DNA from: Longimicrobiales bacterium
Lineage (GTDB): Bacteria; Gemmatimonadota; Gemmatimonadetes; Longimicrobiales; Gaopeijiaceae
NCBI GenBank assembly: GCA_965220675.1
Contig: OZ244837.1
Span: 2,421,814 to 2,485,813, forward strand
Reading direction: 5' to 3'
Length of the DNA: 64,000 nt
Shown one piece after another: positions 47,794 to 56,053 of the stretch. The notes below the pieces were generated by a model, which saw only the letters and a list, made by a program, of their open reading frames with translations, was not told where the DNA came from and did no database searches. The first letter of the stretch is position 1. Every line of letters begins with the position of its first letter. Both the position numbers and the translations under genes were made by a program.

Positions 47794-48477
47794 ATGAGCC
47801 TGGCAATCGACGTCCGTCGCCTCCGCTTCCGGTACGGCGGTGGTCCCTGGGTCCTGGATATCCCCGAACTGACCCTTGAGCGGGGGACGCGCGCGTTCCT
47901 CTTCGGTCCCAGCGGCAGCGGCAAGACGACGCTGCTGGGCGTGCTGGCGGGTGTGCTGAAACCCGAAGAGGGCGAGGTGAGTGTCCTCGGCCGGGACCTG
48001 GCATCGCTCTCGGGCGCCGGGCGGGATGCGTTCCGGGCGGAGCACATCGGCTACGTCTTCCAGATGTTCAACCTCATCCCCTACCTGTCGGTTCTCGACA
48101 ACATCACCCTGCCGGTGCGCATGACCGCGGCCCGCCGCGCCAGGCTGGACGGCGCGGGCGTGAAGGAGACCGCCAGGACGCTCGCCGACCACCTTCAGAT
48201 CGGCGATCTGTTGCAGAAGCCGGTGACGGAGCTCTCGGTGGGCCAGCAGCAGCGGGTGGCCGCCTGCCGGGCGCTGATCGGGGCTCCGGAGATCATCGTG
48301 GCCGATGAACCGACCTCCTCGCTGGACTTCGACCGGCGGGAGACCTTCCTCGAACTGCTGTTTGCGGAATGCGAGCGCGCCGGCGCCACACTGGTGTTCG
48401 TCAGCCACGACCGTACGCTGGAGGGCATGTTTTCCCGCAAGATCTCGCTTCCCGACATCAACAGGGCGGCGCTCTGA
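47794..48477 (+). CDS. ABC transporter ATP-binding protein (LolD/MacB-type)
   Basis: Walker A is GPSGSGKTTLL, the signature is LSVGQQQRVAACRAL and Walker B is IVADEPTSSLD. Confidence 0.9.
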   Translation: MSLAIDVRRLRFRYGGGPWVLDIPELTLERGTRAFLFGPSGSGKTTLLGVLAGVLKPEEGEVSVLGRDLASLSGAGRDAFRAEHIGYVFQMFNLIPYLSVLDNITLPVRMTAARRARLDGAGVKETARTLADHLQIGDLLQKPVTELSVGQQQRVAACRALIGAPEIIVADEPTSSLDFDRRETFLELLFAECERAGATLVFVSHDRTLEGMFSRKISLPDINRAAL

Positions 48478-49742
48478 TGCTCGTTCTCGACCTTGCGCTC
48501 AAGTCGCTCCGCAACCGCGCATTCAGCACCTCGCTCACGGTGGGGTCCATCGCCCTCAGCGTTGCGCTCCTTATCGGCGTCGAGAACGTGCGCGTCGGCA
48601 TGCGCGAGAGCTTCTCCAACACGATCAGCCAGACCGACCTGATCGTGGGCACGAAGGGCGGCACGATTCAGCTGCTGCTGTATTCGGTCTTCGGCATGGG
48701 ATCGCCCACGAACAACCTGTCCTGGGATACCTACCGCGAATGGGCCGAACACCCTGCGGTCGAGTGGACGATCCCCTACGGCCTCGGAGACAGCCACCGG
48801 GGATTCCGCGTCATCGGCACCAGCGAGGACTTCTATCGCCACTACCGGTATCGAGGCGGACAAGAGATCGCGCTGGCGGAAGGCCGCGCCGGCTCGGGGG
48901 TGTTCGATGTCACCCTGGGGTCGGATGTGGCGACCGAACTGGGCTACGGGCTCGGCGACGAGATCGCGGTCACCCACGGGATCGGCGAGGTGGGCTTCCT
49001 GACCCACGACCAGATGCCGTTCACGGTCGTGGGTATCCTCGACAAGACCTTCACCCCGGTCGACCGCGCGGTCTACGTCACCCTGGAGGGCATCGAGGCC
49101 ATCCACTTCGGATGGGAGGACGGCGCGCCGCCCATGGACGAACAAGAGCACACGCGCGGGGACGTGCTCGCGATGGACGAGATCGAGATCACCCAGGTGA
49201 CCTCGTTCTTCGTGGGGGCGACGAATCGGAGGGACGTGCTCCGGCTGCAGCGCGAGATCAACGACTACGAGGGCGAGCCGATGATGGCGGTGATCCCCGG
49301 GCTGGCCCTGAACGAGATGTGGCGGAGCCTGGGCTACGCCGAGACCGGCCTCAGGCTGGTGTCCATTTTCGTCGTTCTGGTGGGACTGCTGGGCATGCTG
49401 GTTTCGCTCTATACGTCGCTCAACGAGCGCCGGCGCGAGATGGCGATTCTGCGCGCCGTCGGGGCCGGACCCAACCGGATCGTCGCGCTGCTGGTGCTGG
49501 AGTCGGTGTGCCTGGCCGCGGCTGGAGCCATCGCCGGGCTGGTGCTGGTCTACGTGCTGCTCTCGGCCGGGCAGCCTGTCGTGGAAGCGCAGGTTGGGCT
49601 CTTCATCCCGATCCGGCCGCCCGGATCCATCGAGTTGCTCTTTCTCGGTGCGGTGGTGACCGCTGGCTTCCTGATGGGCTTCGTGCCCGCGCTCAAGGCC
49701 TACCGCACTGCGCTGCACGACGGGCTGGCGGTGCGAGTGTAG
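48477..49742 (+). CDS. FtsX-like ABC transporter permease
   Basis: The N-terminus is ALKSLRNRAFSTSLTV. It has a large periplasmic loop and a C-terminal FtsX-type 3-TM bundle. The ATG shares a base with the upstream TGA. Confidence 0.85.
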   Translation: MLVLDLALKSLRNRAFSTSLTVGSIALSVALLIGVENVRVGMRESFSNTISQTDLIVGTKGGTIQLLLYSVFGMGSPTNNLSWDTYREWAEHPAVEWTIPYGLGDSHRGFRVIGTSEDFYRHYRYRGGQEIALAEGRAGSGVFDVTLGSDVATELGYGLGDEIAVTHGIGEVGFLTHDQMPFTVVGILDKTFTPVDRAVYVTLEGIEAIHFGWEDGAPPMDEQEHTRGDVLAMDEIEITQVTSFFVGATNRRDVLRLQREINDYEGEPMMAVIPGLALNEMWRSLGYAETGLRLVSIFVVLVGLLGMLVSLYTSLNERRREMAILRAVGAGPNRIVALLVLESVCLAAAGAIAGLVLVYVLLSAGQPVVEAQVGLFIPIRPPGSIELLFLGAVVTAGFLMGFVPALKAYRTALHDGLAVRV

Positions 49743-49767
49743 GGGAGGGGGCGCGGGCAGGGCACGG

Positions 49768-51102
49768 CTACGCGGTCAGCCTTAGTGGGAGGGCGTGGAG
49801 TCGCACAGGCCCACGGTCGAACGGCAGGGCTTCGGATCCCGTGTAGAACAGGACGCCTCGCTCGAACGCGGCCCCGGCGAGTTCGGCCAGCGCCGCCAAT
49901 CCGTTGAAGTCCTCGCGCCGGACTGTGGCGGAGGCCTTGACCTCGACGCCCACGATCCGCCCGTCCGGACGCTCCAGTACGATGTCGACTTCGCGCTTCC
50001 GCCTGTCCCGGAAGTGGTACATGCCGACTTCCTCGTCCGCCCACTCGGCGTGCTTGGCGCACTCCATGAAGACCAGGGTTTCGAGGAGCGCACCGTAGTG
50101 TGGGCTCAAGAGCAGGCGGGCCTCGTTGCGCAGGCCGAGCAGATGCGACGCGAGGCCGGTGTCGACGAAATGGAGCTTCGGCATGCGCACGGCCATCCGC
50201 CGGACCAGGTTTTTTCGATATGATGGAACCCGGCGAATCAGGAACATGAGTTCGAGGATCTCAACGTAGCTCTTGGCGAGCTTGTCGTTGAGTTCCAGGT
50301 CGTTGGCGAGGCTCGCGTACTTGAGCAGATTGCCGCTCCGGCCTGCGAGGTACGGAGCCAGGGCGCGCAACCGCGAGTGGTAGTCGCCGCGTGCGGTGTA
50401 GAGTGACTCGAAGTCCTTGAAGAAGCGGCCCTCGGTATAGGATCGAAACCAGATGGTGCGTGCTCGCGGACTCATGCCCTGAACTTCGGGATAGCCGCCG
50501 AACAGGATCAGCCTGGCGATCTGTTCGCGGGTTGGTGAGGGCTGCGCGCCGGACGTTTCACGGGACCGGGCCGCGGCAGCCGGGCTGGACGACGAGAAGT
50601 CTCCTGCCAGCAGGTAGTCGATCAGGTTGTGGCGGCTGGCTCGAAGTTCTGCGATGGAGAGCGGCAGCAACTCAAGGCGAGCCATGTGTCCGGGCAGGGC
50701 TTCCTGCGCGCGGGCCGAGCGGAAAATGTCGGCGGACCCGGTGAGGAGGAAGAGACCCTTCGGCGGGACGCCGAGGTGCCGCACCGTGTCCGGCACGTCG
50801 CTCGGCACCTGGCTGGCATGCCGATCCGACGCTTCCTTGATGGCCGGCACCAGTCCGGGTACCTGCTGGAATTCGTCGAGCACGACCGGCTGGTTGTCAA
50901 GGGACCTGACAAAACCGAACGGGTCCGCAGTGGCTGCGGCCTGCACTGCGGGGTCGTCCAGGGTCAGATAGCGCAGATCCAGCCGAGCGGCGACGCGGCG
51001 GACCAGGGTGGTCTTGCCGGACTGACGCGGACCCGTGACATAGACGATCCGGAACTCGCGGAGCATGTTGCTCACGAGCGGATCAAGGTGTCTGGCGTAC
51101 AT
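49768..51102 (-). CDS. AAA+ ATPase (AAA_14-like) with DUF4143 and a C-terminal PD-(D/E)xK-like motif
   Basis: The Walker A is VTGPRQSGKTTL and the Walker B-like segment is VVLDEFQ. A DUF4143-like middle region follows. The C-terminal EVDIVLE...IVGVEVK resembles a restriction-endonuclease-fold motif. Sampled lines in this gene have lower GC. Confidence 0.75.
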   Translation of the reverse strand: MYARHLDPLVSNMLREFRIVYVTGPRQSGKTTLVRRVAARLDLRYLTLDDPAVQAAATADPFGFVRSLDNQPVVLDEFQQVPGLVPAIKEASDRHASQVPSDVPDTVRHLGVPPKGLFLLTGSADIFRSARAQEALPGHMARLELLPLSIAELRASRHNLIDYLLAGDFSSSSPAAAARSRETSGAQPSPTREQIARLILFGGYPEVQGMSPRARTIWFRSYTEGRFFKDFESLYTARGDYHSRLRALAPYLAGRSGNLLKYASLANDLELNDKLAKSYVEILELMFLIRRVPSYRKNLVRRMAVRMPKLHFVDTGLASHLLGLRNEARLLLSPHYGALLETLVFMECAKHAEWADEEVGMYHFRDRRKREVDIVLERPDGRIVGVEVKASATVRREDFNGLAALAELAGAAFERGVLFYTGSEALPFDRGPVRLHALPLRLTA

Positions 51103-51124
51103 GGCGGCGAGGTGGGCGAATCTT

Positions 51125-51202
51125 CCAATACGAGGAATCCAACAGCTTATTACGAGAAATATTGTCTATTATTACGAAATTTCAAGGCTCTTATTACGAG
51201 AA
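51125..51202. repeat. Four 12-bp direct repeats (consensus TTATTACGAGAA) phased at exactly 22 bp
   Basis: The copies are ccaatacgagga at 51125, ttattacgagaa at 51147, ttattacgaaat at 51169 and ttattacgagaa at 51191. They sit in an AT-rich intergenic region, 23-100 nt upstream of the AAA/DUF4143 start. Confidence 0.8.
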
Positions 51203-51316
51203 CTCAATGGCCCTGCACTGGATGGCAGACGCGCGCATGCCGCCGTGCAGGGCTGGCGGCGGAACGAGCCGTTTGCGTAGTGTCCATCCTCTGACCGATT
51301 GAAAAGGGACGACGCC

Positions 51317-52537
51317 ATGACCATATGGGAACGCGCGCGGGCAGTTCCAGTGCGCGCCGCCGTATTTCTCGCCGGCCTCCTCCTCGTCGTCACCGTTGCC
51401 TGCGGCGGCGATGGCGGCGGCGACGGAGCGGCCGACAACGCCATCAAGGTCGGCGCGATCTTCGATCTCACGGGTCCGACCGCCGACGTCGGCACCGACT
51501 ACGCGGACGGCATGCGCGGCTATGCCGATTGGCTGAACATGCAGGGCGGGATCGCAGGGCGGCCGATCGAACTCATCTATCAGGACTACGCCTACCAGGT
51601 CGACCGCGCGGAACAGCTATACAGCCAGTTCGTGAGCGAGGGTGTGGTCATCTTCATGGGGTGGGGCACCGGCGATACCGAAGCGCTCCGACTGCGCGTC
51701 ACCGAGGACGAGATCCCCTTCAGCTCGGCCTCGCTTTCGCACGTTCTCGGCGACCCGTCCGAGGCGCCGTACAACTTTCTCGTCGCCCCCACCTACACCG
51801 ACCAGTTCCGCATTGCGCTGGACTGGATCGCGCGCAACCACGGAGAGGGAACGCCGGTCGTCGCGCTCATGCACAACGCAAGTCCGTTCGGGCTGTCGCC
51901 GTCGCGGTATGGCGGTGTCGAATACGCCGAGGCAATCGGCGTCGACCTGACCCTGTACGAAATGCCGCGAGCCGCGGTCGACTACACGGGTGAGTTCTCG
52001 CGCATCCGCCAGAGCGGCGCCCAGTACGTGGTCTTCCAGAATACGTCCGGGCCGGCGAGCGTCGCGATCCAGAACGCGGGCAGCCTGGGTCTGGACCTGA
52101 CCTTCATCTGCCTGAACTGGTGCGCCAATGCGCAGCTGGTGGACCTCGCGGGCGAGGCGGCGGAGGGGGTAATGGGGACGATCCCGTATGCGCCGCTGAG
52201 CGTGGATGTGCCGGGCACGCGTGTCATCCGCGAGTACCTGGAGACGAAGGGCGAGCAGATCGCAGGCATAACGAACGCTTACACGCAGGCGTGGTGGACG
52301 TTCGCCGTCTTCGCCGAGGCGATGAGCCAGGTGGTGGCGTCGGGCCAGGAGTTGACGGGGGCCAACATCAAGGCGGCGCTGGAGACCTTCACCGATCTCG
52401 ACATGGGGGGCGTGACCGTGCCGATCAGCTTCACGCCCGACGACCACCTCGGAGCGAAGGGTGTCAGGATCTTCCGGGTCGAAGGCGGCGCGTGGGTGCC
52501 CTTTACCGAGTTCATCCAGGCGCCGGCCGTGCCGTGA
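51317..52537 (+). CDS. ABC transporter substrate-binding lipoprotein (LivK / Peripla_BP_6-like)
   Basis: It has a lipobox (VTVAC), IKVGAIFDLTGPTADVG and overall type-I periplasmic binding protein features. I prefer the ATG at 51317 over the TTG at 51299. Confidence 0.8.
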   Translation: MTIWERARAVPVRAAVFLAGLLLVVTVACGGDGGGDGAADNAIKVGAIFDLTGPTADVGTDYADGMRGYADWLNMQGGIAGRPIELIYQDYAYQVDRAEQLYSQFVSEGVVIFMGWGTGDTEALRLRVTEDEIPFSSASLSHVLGDPSEAPYNFLVAPTYTDQFRIALDWIARNHGEGTPVVALMHNASPFGLSPSRYGGVEYAEAIGVDLTLYEMPRAAVDYTGEFSRIRQSGAQYVVFQNTSGPASVAIQNAGSLGLDLTFICLNWCANAQLVDLAGEAAEGVMGTIPYAPLSVDVPGTRVIREYLETKGEQIAGITNAYTQAWWTFAVFAEAMSQVVASGQELTGANIKAALETFTDLDMGGVTVPISFTPDDHLGAKGVRIFRVEGGAWVPFTEFIQAPAVP

Positions 52538-52544
52538 GGCCGCG

Positions 52545-53354
52545 GTGAGCCCGGGCGACCCGCTGCTGAGCCTCAACAACATCGAGGTACTCTACGACGA
52601 AGTGATCCTCGTGCTGCGAGGACTGTCGCTCGAGGTTGGCGAGGGAAGGATCGCGGCGCTGCTGGGCTCCAACGGGGCGGGGAAGACGACGACGCTCAAG
52701 GCGATCTCCGGACTGCTCTACACCGAGGACGGCGAGGTCAGCGATGGCACGATCGTCTTCGACGGCGAAGAAATCCAGGGCACGGACGCCCACCGGATCG
52801 TCGAAAAGGGCATCTTTCAGGTCCTCGAGGGGCGCCGGGTCTTCGAACACCTTACCGTCCGCGAGAACCTATCGGCCGGAGCGTACACGCGCCGCGACCG
52901 GAAGAGCGTCGAAGCGGACACGGAAAAGGTCTTCGAGTACTTTCCGGCGCTTGCCGACCGCCGGCGCCAGATCGCGGGCCACCTGTCGGGCGGCGAACAG
53001 CAGATGCTGGCTCTGGGCCGTGCGCTGATGGCGTCTCCGCGCATGATGCTGCTCGACGAGCCGTCGCTGGGACTCGCGCCGATCCTGGTCGAGAGCATCT
53101 TCGAGATCATCCAGCGGATCAACCGCGACGAAGGGACAACGATTCTCCTCGTCGAGCAGAACGCGCGCCTGGCTTTGTCGGTTGCCGACTACGGGTATGT
53201 GATGGAGGGGGGGAGAGTGGTGTTGGAGGGCACGGCCGACGAGCTCCGCGCCAACGAGGACGTAAAGGAGTTCTATCTGGGGTTGGGAGACGCCGGTCGT
53301 CGTTCCTACAGGGACGTCAAGCATTACCGCCGCAGGAAGCGCTGGCTGTCGTGA
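52545..53354 (+). CDS. Branched-chain-amino-acid-type ABC ATP-binding protein (LivF-like)
   Basis: It has LLSLNNIEVLY, Walker A GSNGAGKTTTL, the signature LSGGEQQMLALGRAL and Walker B LLDEPSLGLAP. The GTG at 52545 follows the SBP stop. Confidence 0.85.
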   Translation: MSPGDPLLSLNNIEVLYDEVILVLRGLSLEVGEGRIAALLGSNGAGKTTTLKAISGLLYTEDGEVSDGTIVFDGEEIQGTDAHRIVEKGIFQVLEGRRVFEHLTVRENLSAGAYTRRDRKSVEADTEKVFEYFPALADRRRQIAGHLSGGEQQMLALGRALMASPRMMLLDEPSLGLAPILVESIFEIIQRINRDEGTTILLVEQNARLALSVADYGYVMEGGRVVLEGTADELRANEDVKEFYLGLGDAGRRSYRDVKHYRRRKRWLS

Positions 53355-54655
53355 GCGGCGAGGGCTCCGACGCCTCCGGCGGCCCGGGCCGCGCGTTCCA
53401 GACCCCCGGCCGGCCGCTCTACGATCCCGACGGCGAGGCGCCCGCGGACTGGGGCGCGGCGCAGGACAGGCTCGCGGTGCGGGCGGTGCGCCACGGCACC
53501 GAACACAGCCGCGAAATCCGGCGGCGGCTGGCGAGGGCGGGGGTGGCGGTGGACGATGTCACGGGTGTCGGCGACCTGGCCCGGATCCCGGTGCTGGACA
53601 AGGACGATCTTCCCGCCCTGCAGGCTGGCGACCCGCCGTTCGGGGGCATGCTGGCCGTACCGCCGGGGTCGCTGCGGCGGATCTACCGCTCCCCGGGCCC
53701 GATCAACGACCCCGAGGGCGACACGGACGACTTCTGGCGTGTCGCACCGGCCGCGTGGGCCGCCGGGTTCCGCCCGGATGACGTGGTGCTCAACACGTTT
53801 TCGTACCACCTGACGCCCGGTGGCCTCATGCTCGACGCCGGGTTGCGCGCGGTGGGGTGCGCCGTGATCCCCGGCGGGGTCGGCAATACCGCCGCGCAGA
53901 TCGACATGGCGTGCGTGGCCGGCGCGACCGGTTATGCGGGCACGCCCCAGTTCCTGCTGACGCTGCTGGAGCGCGCACGCGAAGCCGGACGCGAGCTGCC
54001 CTTCCGCCGCGCCCTCGTCACGGGGGCGCCGCTGCCGCCGCCGCTGCGCGACCGCCTTCAGGACGGATTCGGCGTAGACGTCTACCAGTCCTACGGCACG
54101 GCCGACGCGGGAACGCTCGGCTACGAGTGCGACGCGAAGGACGGATGGCACGTCGCGACGGACATCGTCATCGAGGTGCTCGTGCCGGGCGATGACCGGC
54201 TCGCGCTTGAAGGCGAGGTGGGCCAGGTGGTGGTGACGAGCCCGAACGAGGTCTACCCGCTGGTGCGATTCGGGACGGGGGATCTGTCGGCGTGGAACCT
54301 GGAGCCGTGCGTATGCGGCCGCACGAGCCCGCGCCTGACCGGCTTTCTCGGCCGGGTCGGAGAGGGCGTCAAGGTAAAGGGCATGTTCGTGCACCCCCGC
54401 GAGCTGGCGGCGGTGCTCGATGGGGATGAAGAGGTGGCGCGGTATCAGGCGGTGGTGTCGACGGGCGCGGGCGGGGGCGACGTGCTCACCGTGCGGGTCG
54501 AAGCCGCGCCCGGATCAATGCCGGACGCGGTCGCGCTCGGTAGCCGTATCCGCGAGGCGGTGAAGGTGCGCGCCGGCGTTGATTTGGTGGCGCCGGGCAC
54601 GATTCCGGACGGCGCGCGCCCTCTGGTGGACCAGCGGGACCAGGGAGGTGGATGA
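53351..54655 (+). CDS. Phenylacetate-CoA ligase-family (PaaK / F390 synthetase-like) adenylating enzyme
   Basis: Its length and segments (SYHLTPGGLM, YQSYGTADAG, C-terminal VKVKGMFVHP) are typical of PaaK-like proteins. There is a GTGA overlap with the LivF-like gene. Confidence 0.7.
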   Translation: MSGEGSDASGGPGRAFQTPGRPLYDPDGEAPADWGAAQDRLAVRAVRHGTEHSREIRRRLARAGVAVDDVTGVGDLARIPVLDKDDLPALQAGDPPFGGMLAVPPGSLRRIYRSPGPINDPEGDTDDFWRVAPAAWAAGFRPDDVVLNTFSYHLTPGGLMLDAGLRAVGCAVIPGGVGNTAAQIDMACVAGATGYAGTPQFLLTLLERAREAGRELPFRRALVTGAPLPPPLRDRLQDGFGVDVYQSYGTADAGTLGYECDAKDGWHVATDIVIEVLVPGDDRLALEGEVGQVVVTSPNEVYPLVRFGTGDLSAWNLEPCVCGRTSPRLTGFLGRVGEGVKVKGMFVHPRELAAVLDGDEEVARYQAVVSTGAGGGDVLTVRVEAAPGSMPDAVALGSRIREAVKVRAGVDLVAPGTIPDGARPLVDQRDQGGG

Positions 54656-54693
54656 GCGGCGCCGGGAGGAAACCCTGACGTTACGTCGCCAGC

Positions 54694-55389
54694 TCAGAAC
54701 CGGAACGAGGCATCGGGCGCGACGCGACCGGCCGCTTCCCCTAGCGCGGTGAACACCGTCAGGTCCACCTGCACCACGTCGGGCAGGAGATCCCCGAAAC
54801 GCAGGCTCGCCGGTCCGCTGGGCTCACGGGAACAGGTGAGGGAGGCGAGCAGGCGCACGTCGTCGTGTACGCTGCTCTCGTCCTCGTGAGCATGCTCGTC
54901 GTCGTGCGCATGCTGGTCTTCCTGAGCGTGCTGGTCCTCGTGAGCATGCTCGTCCTCGTGAACATGCTCGTCCTCGCCTGCATGGTCATCCTCTGCAACT
55001 TCAGGCCCCTGCACCTCCGCCGAATCGACCGCACAGGTCGCCCCGTCCGGAAAGGCGACGAGACCCGCGCCACCGGTTCGGAGCCTGTCGAGGGCCTCCG
55101 CTACGGTGGCCCGCTCCTCCTCAGATCGGGGGGCGTGCTCGAAGCCGAACACGGATTCTGCGGGGAGTTCCAGGTCGACGGTGAGGCGGGTGCCGTCCAC
55201 GGCCAGGCCCAGTCGAGCGATGCCGTGTTCGTGGGCCCCAGCCGTCCCCAACCGTTCGCCCTCGACCACGGGAGGACCAGGACGCTCGGAGGATGAATCG
55301 CCGCATGCGACGAACAACAGAAGGCACGGGATCGTCCACCCGACGAAAGGGGAGCGGACCTGAGGCCGATCGAGTGTAGGGATGCTCAT
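54694..55389 (-). CDS. DUF2796 (ZrgA-like) metal-binding lipoprotein with a His/Asp/Glu-rich loop
   Basis: It has a lipobox (LLFVAC). The central loop is DDHAGEDEHVHEDEHAHEDQHAQEDQHAHDDEHAHEDE, and the flanking beta-rich segments resemble DUF2796. Confidence 0.7.
   Translation of the reverse strand: MSIPTLDRPQVRSPFVGWTIPCLLLFVACGDSSSERPGPPVVEGERLGTAGAHEHGIARLGLAVDGTRLTVDLELPAESVFGFEHAPRSEEERATVAEALDRLRTGGAGLVAFPDGATCAVDSAEVQGPEVAEDDHAGEDEHVHEDEHAHEDQHAQEDQHAHDDEHAHEDESSVHDDVRLLASLTCSREPSGPASLRFGDLLPDVVQVDLTVFTALGEAAGRVAPDASFRF
54880..54987. repeat. Six 18-bp in-frame tandem repeats encoding the His-rich loop
   Basis: The units are gtcctcgtgagcatgctc, gtcgtcgtgcgcatgctg, gtcttcctgagcgtgctg, gtcctcgtgagcatgctc, gtcctcgtgaacatgctc and gtcctcgcctgcatggtc. 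Confidence 0.8.
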
Positions 55390-55431
55390 GGTGAGGGCAC
55401 CGGTGGAGGTTGTGTACGTACAGGTGTTATG

Positions 55432-55451
55432 AATGATAATGTATTCTCATT
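55432..55451. promoter_or_regulatory. Fur-family (Zur/Fur) box candidate in a divergent promoter
   Basis: The site is AATGATAAT-GT-ATTCTCATT, with arms complementary at 8 of 9 positions. AATGATAAT is identical to the core of the classical Fur-box consensus GATAATGATAATCATTATC. It forms an AT-rich island between the DUF2796 and DUF3299 genes. Confidence 0.55.
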
Positions 55452-55488
55452 ACCATGTCCCGGTTCCCGAAGGGCGAGGCTCCCGTCA

Positions 55489-56013
55489 ATGCCAAAGCCG
55501 CGCTGCCGATTCCCGATCCTCTGGAAACCCCTCCAATTCGCCCTGGTCATCCTGAGCGGCTGGCTTGTGCTCACGTCGGGCCCCCGCTCCGTTCTTGCCG
55601 ATCCGAGCGATGGAGCGACGATCCGCGCGGGCAGTGTCCCGCGGGACTCCACCCAGGTGGATTGGCAGCTGCTGGCCTCCCTGGACTACAGCACTGGCGA
55701 GATGTCCAGGGAACTCGAGTCGGTCGTGGGGCAAGCAGTGAAGGTGCCCGGATACATGGTTCCCCTGGAGGACTGGGCCGGCGAGGTCTCGGAGTTCCTC
55801 CTGGCCCCGTACGTTGGGGCCTGCGTGCACACCTCGCCCCTGCCCCCCAACCAATTGGTTCATGTCAGGATAAAGAACGGTCAACGCGTATCAGTCTCTT
55901 TCTGGAATCCCGTGTGGGTCCACGGCACCTTGACCGTGGAGAAGACGACCAACCTGTACGGATCGGTTTCCTTCAAGATGGCCGGCACCTCGATTACGCG
56001 CTACGAGTGGTGA
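55489..56013 (+). CDS. DUF3299 domain protein (ZrgD-like), copy 2
   Basis: It has the conserved LLAPYVGACVHTSPLPPNQLVH and an N-terminal TM/signal segment. I prefer the ATG at 55489 because the track start at 55429 lies inside the putative operator. Confidence 0.7.
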   Translation: MPKPRCRFPILWKPLQFALVILSGWLVLTSGPRSVLADPSDGATIRAGSVPRDSTQVDWQLLASLDYSTGEMSRELESVVGQAVKVPGYMVPLEDWAGEVSEFLLAPYVGACVHTSPLPPNQLVHVRIKNGQRVSVSFWNPVWVHGTLTVEKTTNLYGSVSFKMAGTSITRYEW

Positions 56014-56053
56014 CGAGTCGCAGTCCTGCTGCCATCCGTAGGCGAGGTGGCGC

